Assembly: GCA_938023835.1 (NCBI GenBank)
Contig: CALJDF010000266.1
Coordinates: forward strand, 1 to 38,225
Origin: an uncultured Alphaproteobacteria bacterium
Lineage (GTDB): Bacteria > Pseudomonadota > Alphaproteobacteria > SHVP01
DNA length: 38,225 nucleotides
Reading direction: 5' to 3'
The notes under the pieces: model-generated
Told to the model about the DNA's origin: nothing
The model's input: only the letters and a program-made list of their open reading frames with translations
The model's database searches: none
Translations under genes and position numbers: made by a program
Part shown: one piece after another, positions 33,310 to 38,225 of the stretch
Layout of the letters: every line of letters begins with the position of its first letter
How positions within the stretch are numbered: position 1 is the stretch's first letter

Positions 33310-33768
33310 TTAGAGCCCAAACGCGCCCGCCGAGGCACCGCTATGAACGGCCGTAATGAGTGACGCAAGCCCCAGGCTGGCAACCGTAATCGCGACGAGC
33401 TTGGTGACAACCCGGCCAACACGGTGCGGATCATTCGGCGTTGGCGTTAGGTCGGGGTAAATCGGTTCCGGCAGGAGCTCTTCTTCCGCCGCTTCCGACG
33501 CTAGGAGATCGGCGTAGGGGCCTGGCGCCTCCCCGCGGGCCGCGCGCCACGCTTTGGCTTTGCGACGACGCCAGGTGTTGTATACCGTCGTTCGCTCCAC
33601 TCGCGCCATATCGTCAAGCCGCTCGCGGATAACCTGAACGCCTTTGGCGCTTTGGTTCGCCTCGATCCGTTTCGCGAGATTGAGCGCATCACCCCGTTGA
33701 TCCGCGGTGTAAGACGACTCAAGAATCCAGCGACCACCTTCAAAAATATAGACTTCGTACGTAAACAT
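33310..33768 (-). CDS. Hypothetical tail-anchored membrane protein
   Basis: 152-aa ORF with a GGGAGG SD ('aagggaggtccgcataATG'). Compact N-terminal domain 'MFTYEVYIFEGGRWILESSYTADQRGDALNLAKRIEAN', a basic then acidic linker, and a C-terminal TM 'VVTKLVAITVASLGLASLITAV'. I do not recognise the family. Confidence 0.6.
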   Translation of the reverse strand: MFTYEVYIFEGGRWILESSYTADQRGDALNLAKRIEANQSAKGVQVIRERLDDMARVERTTVYNTWRRRKAKAWRAARGEAPGPYADLLASEAAEEELLPEPIYPDLTPTPNDPHRVGRVVTKLVAITVASLGLASLITAVHSGASAGAFGL

Positions 33769-34258
33769 TATGCGGACCTCCCTTTGCCGATGGAGCGGTC
33801 AGGTCCATCGATGCCCGTTTTGGGTCTTTTGTCTTGACCGCCGGCGCGACCGGCGGCGTTGTGACGGCTACTTGCGGTTCGGCGCCGCAGCGCGATGATT
33901 GCGGACCTGCCAATAGTCGGAATAGGCGGCGCTGCGCGTCGCACCGCCGGCCTTTCGTTTGTGCAAGCCCAACGAAAGCAGGAGTTGCTTGAGTCGAATC
34001 CAACGGGCGGTTCCAAGTCCGTTTGTGGCTTCCTTCGTTTTCTCCTCCTTCCAGGGAAGTGATGCATTGAGGGCGCGGGTCGGGTGACGGACCCCAGAGG
34101 AGGTCGGTGCCCGCCGCCGGCCTGGCCGAAGCCCGAGTTGCGTTCCTGGGTGCGGTACAGGAAGAGCAAGGCCGAAGAACGACCAAAGGCCGTCTCAGAC
34201 CCGGCCCTCAATTCGGTAAGGCAATGGCCGTCGCGTGTTGGCCAGGCCCGCGACGGTG

Positions 34259-34624
34259 TCATCCGAACATGCCCAGCACGGCCGCTTTGGAGACGGCGTG
34301 CGCTTTGGTATGAACGGCCAACTTCGTCATCGCGTTGCGGATGTAGTAGTTCACGGTCGAGTCCGACAGGCAGAGGATTTGGGCGATTTCCCAAGTCGTC
34401 TTTCCCTGCGCGGTCCATTCGAGACAGTCCGTCTCTCGCGGGCTAAGTCGCGCGATCGGATCGGCCGGCGGGTCACCCAAGATGGCCGCCGCCAAGGAGG
34501 TCGGAAAACCAGGGGCCCCAAGCACTTTTTCGGCACGCGCCCGTGTGGGTCGAGCCATCGGATAGGGCAGCGGCGGCGCCGATTCCTTTTGATGTTCGAG
34601 CGCCTGATCCGTTTGATGAAGCAT
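34259..34624 (-). CDS. Small LuxR/GerE-type helix-turn-helix transcriptional regulator (no recognisable sensor domain)
   Basis: The ORF is 34259..34720. I prefer ATG 34624 (GGGGAGGG SD), giving ~121 aa. C-terminal 'LSPRETDCLEWTAQGKTTWEIAQILCLSDSTVNYYIRNAMTKLAVHTKAHAVSKAAVLGM' is a GerE/LuxR HTH. The ~55 N-terminal residues are Pro/Ala-rich with no autoinducer-binding or receiver domain. Confidence 0.8.
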   Translation of the reverse strand: MLHQTDQALEHQKESAPPLPYPMARPTRARAEKVLGAPGFPTSLAAAILGDPPADPIARLSPRETDCLEWTAQGKTTWEIAQILCLSDSTVNYYIRNAMTKLAVHTKAHAVSKAAVLGMFG

Positions 34625-34862
34625 GTCCTGCCCTCCCCAAGAGGCTCTATTTTCAGAACTAAAGCTCAGGCAGACGTTGGAGGCCGCCACATCACCGAAG
34701 GTCGCAAGAACGATATGCAAAAACGCATAATACAGCCTGTAAATCGCTAATTTGCGTCAATTGTGGATAAGTTTGCGCCCTACCTGTGCCGTGAGAGCCA
34801 AGCCAAGTCGATGGTGGCAGGCTAGGATGCGGCCCTTTCCCATGCCCCCGTGGAGCGACGCC

Positions 34863-36311
34863 ATGAGCAGCAACACTGCCGCACAAATCCGCGAATCCCT
34901 CGGCCACCCCATTATCGATGGCGACGGCCACATCGTCGAAATCCTAACGGTCTTCTTGGATTACTTGCGGCAGGTCGGCGGGACCAAGCTCGCCGAACGC
35001 TACCGGCAGATACACGAGGCCAACAGCCCCTATCACGATGACGCCGAAGGCTGGTATGCGCTCGACGCCGCGGCACGACAGAAACGTCGGTTGATGCGGC
35101 CACCATCGTGGCTGGTCAACACGGCGGACGCCCGCGAACGGGCAACGACCATGTTGCCGAACCTCATTCGAGCCCGGCTCGACGAGTTCGGGATCGATTT
35201 CGCGATCATGTACACCTCGGTCGGCATTCCGATCGCGACCAGCGACGACGACGAGCTGCGGCTTGGTGGGTGTCGAGCCCTGAACCTGATGTACGCCGAC
35301 CTCTTCGATGCTCACCGCGACCGGATGACGCCCTCAGCCGTTATCCCGATCCACACGCCCGACGAAGCGATCGCGGAGATGGAATTTGCGGTGAAGGAAC
35401 GCGGCTTCAAGACGATTACGATTCCAGGATGTGTCCGCCGCCCCATAGAGGGCGCCGGCGGGCACAGGCAGGCGGTTTGGATCGACCCGCTCGCCGTCGA
35501 CAGCCTCTACGACTACGACCCCGTCTGGGCCAAGTGCCTTGAACTGGGGGTCGCGCCGGCCACCCACCACAACGGCATGGGTGCCGGCTGGGGCGCCCGC
35601 AGCACGACCACCAACTTTATGTACAACCACATCGGTCACTTCGCGGCCGGGGCAGAAGCCGCGTGCAAGGCGCTGTTCATGGGCGGTGTGACTCAGCGCT
35701 TTCCTGATCTACGCATTGCGTTTCTCGAAGGCGGGGCGGGCTGGGCGCTCAGTCTCCTCAACGACATCGTCGAGCACTGGGAAAAGCGAAACGTTGGCGC
35801 GCTCCGTCGCGTTACCGACCCGGCACTCCTCGACCGAACGGCATTGTCAGATTATTTCGAGCGCTACGGCGGCGATCTCGTCAATGCTACCGGCGATGCT
35901 GCAAAGCTCGATAGTATCTTTGCTAGTCCACCCGGGGCCGAAACCGCCGACGATGTCGACGATTGGAAAGCCATCGGGTTGTCCGGCAAAGACGACATCG
36001 GCAAACGTTTCTTGCCTAACTTTTTCATCGGGTGCGAAGCGGATGATCGGATGAACGGCGCGGCGTTCGACGCGCGCCTCAATCCGTTCGGCCAAAAGCT
36101 CAACGCGTTCTTGGGTTCGGATATCGGTCATTGGGATGTACCCGATCCGACGAAAGTCATCCCCGAAGCTTGGGAAATGGTCGAGGATGGGCTGTTGAGT
36201 GAACCGGACTTCCGCGCCTTTACGTTCGAAAACGTGACCCGCCTTCATACCCAAATGAACCCTGACTTCTTCAAAGGCACCGCTGTCGAAGGCGCGGTGA
36301 CTTCGCTGTAG
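34863..36311 (+). CDS. Amidohydrolase_2 (ACMSD/TIM-barrel metal-dependent hydrolase/decarboxylase) family protein
   Basis: The ORF is 34752..36311. I prefer ATG 34863 (GGAG SD). 'HPIIDGDGHIVE' is the typical N-terminal metal-binding start of this family, with 'ATHHNGMG' and 'GSDIGHWD' later. Confidence 0.75.
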   Translation: MSSNTAAQIRESLGHPIIDGDGHIVEILTVFLDYLRQVGGTKLAERYRQIHEANSPYHDDAEGWYALDAAARQKRRLMRPPSWLVNTADARERATTMLPNLIRARLDEFGIDFAIMYTSVGIPIATSDDDELRLGGCRALNLMYADLFDAHRDRMTPSAVIPIHTPDEAIAEMEFAVKERGFKTITIPGCVRRPIEGAGGHRQAVWIDPLAVDSLYDYDPVWAKCLELGVAPATHHNGMGAGWGARSTTTNFMYNHIGHFAAGAEAACKALFMGGVTQRFPDLRIAFLEGGAGWALSLLNDIVEHWEKRNVGALRRVTDPALLDRTALSDYFERYGGDLVNATGDAAKLDSIFASPPGAETADDVDDWKAIGLSGKDDIGKRFLPNFFIGCEADDRMNGAAFDARLNPFGQKLNAFLGSDIGHWDVPDPTKVIPEAWEMVEDGLLSEPDFRAFTFENVTRLHTQMNPDFFKGTAVEGAVTSL

Positions 36312-36381
36312 GCAACGCGACACAATGCAAGGCGCGGCGTGATAGGCTTCGCGCCGTCACTCGACTTGTTGGGATCAACAC

Positions 36382-37029
36382 ATGAAGCTCTATTACACGC
36401 CGCTCAAGGGACTCATTCACAAAGTCCAGGTTGTCGCGATCGAAAAGGGCGTTTACGACGATCTCGAGCCAAGGCCTTGCATCCCCTACGAGCAGTGGGA
36501 CAAGCTGGCCGCCGCGAACCCGCTTTCGAAGGTGCCGACACTGGTGCTCGACGACGGGACGCCGATCTATGGCGGCCACGTGATTTACGAATACCTTGAT
36601 TCGCTCAAGCCGGAACCGCGCCTCTTTCCCACAGAAGGCGCCGCGCGGTGGGTCGAACTCACACGACTAACGCTTGGCGATCAGCTCTTCGACCTATCGA
36701 GCCAACGCCAGTTCGAGATCGACCGCCCGGAGGATCACATCCGCAACGAGTATCGCGACCGCATCGAGGCAGCGATCAAACGCGGGCTGGATCGAGTCAA
36801 CGCCGATTGCGCGGGTTACGAGGGCCTCACGGTCGGGCAAATCTCAATCGCGTGCGCGCTGAAGTACCACGACTGGCAACACGAAAAGGGCATCCTGCCT
36901 TGGGATTGGCGCGAGAAACGTCCCGCGATGCAGGCGTGGTTCGACCGATTTACCGACCGACCGTCCTTCGTGCCGCGCGATGATGAAATTGAGACGCGAC
37001 CCATTCTCCCGACCAAAGATCGAAGCTAA
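36382..37029 (+). CDS. Glutathione S-transferase-family protein
   Basis: 215-aa ORF. Thioredoxin-like N-domain 'MKLYYTPL...NPLSKVPTLVLDDGTPIYGGHVIYEYLD', then a helical C-domain. Confidence 0.8.
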   Translation: MKLYYTPLKGLIHKVQVVAIEKGVYDDLEPRPCIPYEQWDKLAAANPLSKVPTLVLDDGTPIYGGHVIYEYLDSLKPEPRLFPTEGAARWVELTRLTLGDQLFDLSSQRQFEIDRPEDHIRNEYRDRIEAAIKRGLDRVNADCAGYEGLTVGQISIACALKYHDWQHEKGILPWDWREKRPAMQAWFDRFTDRPSFVPRDDEIETRPILPTKDRS

Positions 37030-37854
37030 CTAATCCCACGTCGGCGCCAACCCCGGCGGGTTCAACAAACGGCCATCCGGCTGTGCCAGTGCGTCGATCT
37101 TCTTTGCCTCATCAGCGGACAGCGTGAAGTCGAGGATGGCGATGTTTTCATCCGCATGCGCCTCGCTGCCGGTGCGGGGTATCGCGACCACGCCGTCTTG
37201 TTGATAGAGCCAACGTAAGGCGACCTGACCCGGCGTCTTGCCGTGCGGCGCGCCGATCGCGCGGAGCGTGTCATCTTCGAAGACTTTGCCACGGGCATTG
37301 GGCATGTACGCCGTTAATGTCATGCCGCGGTCACGAACCACATCCAAGACCGGCGTTTGATCGAGGTAGGGGTGATACTCGACCTGGTTATTGGCCAGAG
37401 GCACCTCGGTTACCGACCATGCGTCTTTGAGGAGTGCCGAGGTGAAATTGCTCACCCCGATATGCCTAGCCAGACCGGCCCGCTGGACCGCATTCAATGC
37501 ACGCACCGTTTCATCGAGCGGGCGGTCGAATTTGGGCCAGTGAAGGAGCAGCAGGTCGACCGCATCGACCCGCAGCTTGGTGAGGCTTTCTTCGACGGAT
37601 TGCTGCAAGGGGCCCTCGCCAAAATTGTCGGGCCACACTTTGGTGGTCAGAAAGACCTCATCACACGGAACGCCTGAATGGGCGATGGCCTCACCAACCT
37701 CGGCTTCGTTGGCATACATCTGTGCCGTATCGATGTGGCGATAACCTGCCTTGAGCGCATGCGCGACCATGCGCCGCGCATCGTCTTCTTTAAGGGGAAA
37801 GGTACCGAAACCAAGTTTCGGAATGACCGCACCATGGGCCTTCGCGACGTCCAT
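37030..37854 (-). CDS. Aldo/keto reductase (DkgA/B-like)
   Basis: The ORF is 37030..37887. I prefer ATG 37854 (GGAGGA SD). 'IPKLGFGTF', 'GYRHIDTAQMYANE' (Asp/Tyr), 'FLTTKVW' (Lys) and 'LLLLHWP' (His) form the AKR tetrad. Confidence 0.9.
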   Translation of the reverse strand: MDVAKAHGAVIPKLGFGTFPLKEDDARRMVAHALKAGYRHIDTAQMYANEAEVGEAIAHSGVPCDEVFLTTKVWPDNFGEGPLQQSVEESLTKLRVDAVDLLLLHWPKFDRPLDETVRALNAVQRAGLARHIGVSNFTSALLKDAWSVTEVPLANNQVEYHPYLDQTPVLDVVRDRGMTLTAYMPNARGKVFEDDTLRAIGAPHGKTPGQVALRWLYQQDGVVAIPRTGSEAHADENIAILDFTLSADEAKKIDALAQPDGRLLNPPGLAPTWD

Positions 37855-37916
37855 CTGTGTCCTCCAAAAAAGTATGGCCCGCCGCAAGGACGGGCCATTG
37901 CGATTGAGATTAACGC

Positions 37917-38225
37917 CTAGCGCGTCGCGCTAAGCATAAAATAGTCGCCCTTCATCGCGTCGTTGATCAGCGCTTCGAGCCCCTGGCGGGGTTTATAGTG
38001 CGACGGGATATAGCTTTCGAGAATGTTGTCCGCAGCAAAGCCCGCGTCACGCGCGGCGGCGACCAAGTCGGTGTCGCAAAGGGTCCCGAAAAAGGGTTCG
38101 TTGTTGTAATGCGCATCCCATTCTTGTTGGTATTGATCGTAGACGTTTGCGCCGACGAACCGGGCGTCGAGATGCATCATGATCCCGCCCGGACGCAGCA
38201 AGCGGAAACACTCCTTGTAGATGCG
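37917..38225 (-). CDS. Class I SAM-dependent methyltransferase, C-terminal part (5' end beyond window)
   Basis: The frame stays open to the window edge. The translation '...RIYKECFRLLRPGGIMMHLD...' is the post-motif-II/III region typical of class I methyltransferases. Confidence 0.55.
   Translation of the reverse strand, partial: RIYKECFRLLRPGGIMMHLDARFVGANVYDQYQQEWDAHYNNEPFFGTLCDTDLVAAARDAGFAADNILESYIPSHYKPRQGLEALINDAMKGDYFMLSATR

Noticed and set aside
33868-34053. Third minus-strand frame open for >60 codons after the SD-like GGAAGGAGGAGAA ('...WKEEKTKEATNGLGTARWIRLKQLLLSLGLHKRKAGG...NRK*')
   Set aside because: There is no ATG, GTG or TTG within a usable distance of the SD-like element. 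The first in-frame TTG leaves only ~30 codons. Upstream, the frame degenerates into Arg/Pro-rich sequence. It cannot be supported as a gene without ribosome profiling.
33740-34418. ORFs 33740..34186 (148 aa) and 33768..34418 (216 aa) filling the long intergenic gap
   Set aside because: They have Arg/Pro/Gly-rich composition. They overlap each other, the supported 33310..33768 gene start and the LuxR gene 3' end. They have no SD or motif. I treated the region as non-coding (see finding).

Overview
GC-rich, densely packed bacterial chromosomal segment. Gene content and style look alphaproteobacterial, but that is inference. I support about 35 protein-coding genes, one tRNA-Arg(CCU) and one cobalamin riboswitch. 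I saw no rRNA, CRISPR array, transposase, integrase or prophage genes. From left to right: (1) A housekeeping block: a CarD/CdnL regulator, a degenerate metallophosphoesterase, an M48-LysM protease, tRNA-Arg, a PhyH/EctD-like dioxygenase, and an orphan form-II CoxL-like molybdenum hydroxylase. (2) A tightly coupled B12-riboswitch-controlled btuB-btuF-btuC-btuD-tonB operon. (3) An amidohydrolase, a large pentapeptide-repeat protein, and an RND pump whose periplasmic adaptor carries two canonical EF-hands. (4) An eight-gene membrane-lipid modification neighbourhood: a GPH-type MFS, a SnoaL-like protein, a secreted DUF protein, an SDR, a CFA-synthase-like enzyme, DUF1365, an FAD amine-oxidase-like protein and a PlsB/GPAT-like acyltransferase. 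It resembles the singlet-oxygen / furan-fatty-acid gene set. (5) A co-directional string of tail-anchored protein, pentapeptide-repeat paralog, alpha/beta-fold protein lacking the nucleophile Ser, GH3 adenylating amido-synthetase and small pyruvoyl AdoMetDC-like decarboxylase, downstream of a minimal LuxR-type HTH protein. (6) An amidohydrolase_2 protein, a GST, an aldo-keto reductase and a truncated methyltransferase. The most plausible candidates for something undescribed are blocks (5) and (4), followed by the EF-hand RND adaptor. All family calls come from motifs read by eye in the supplied translations. No database search was possible.
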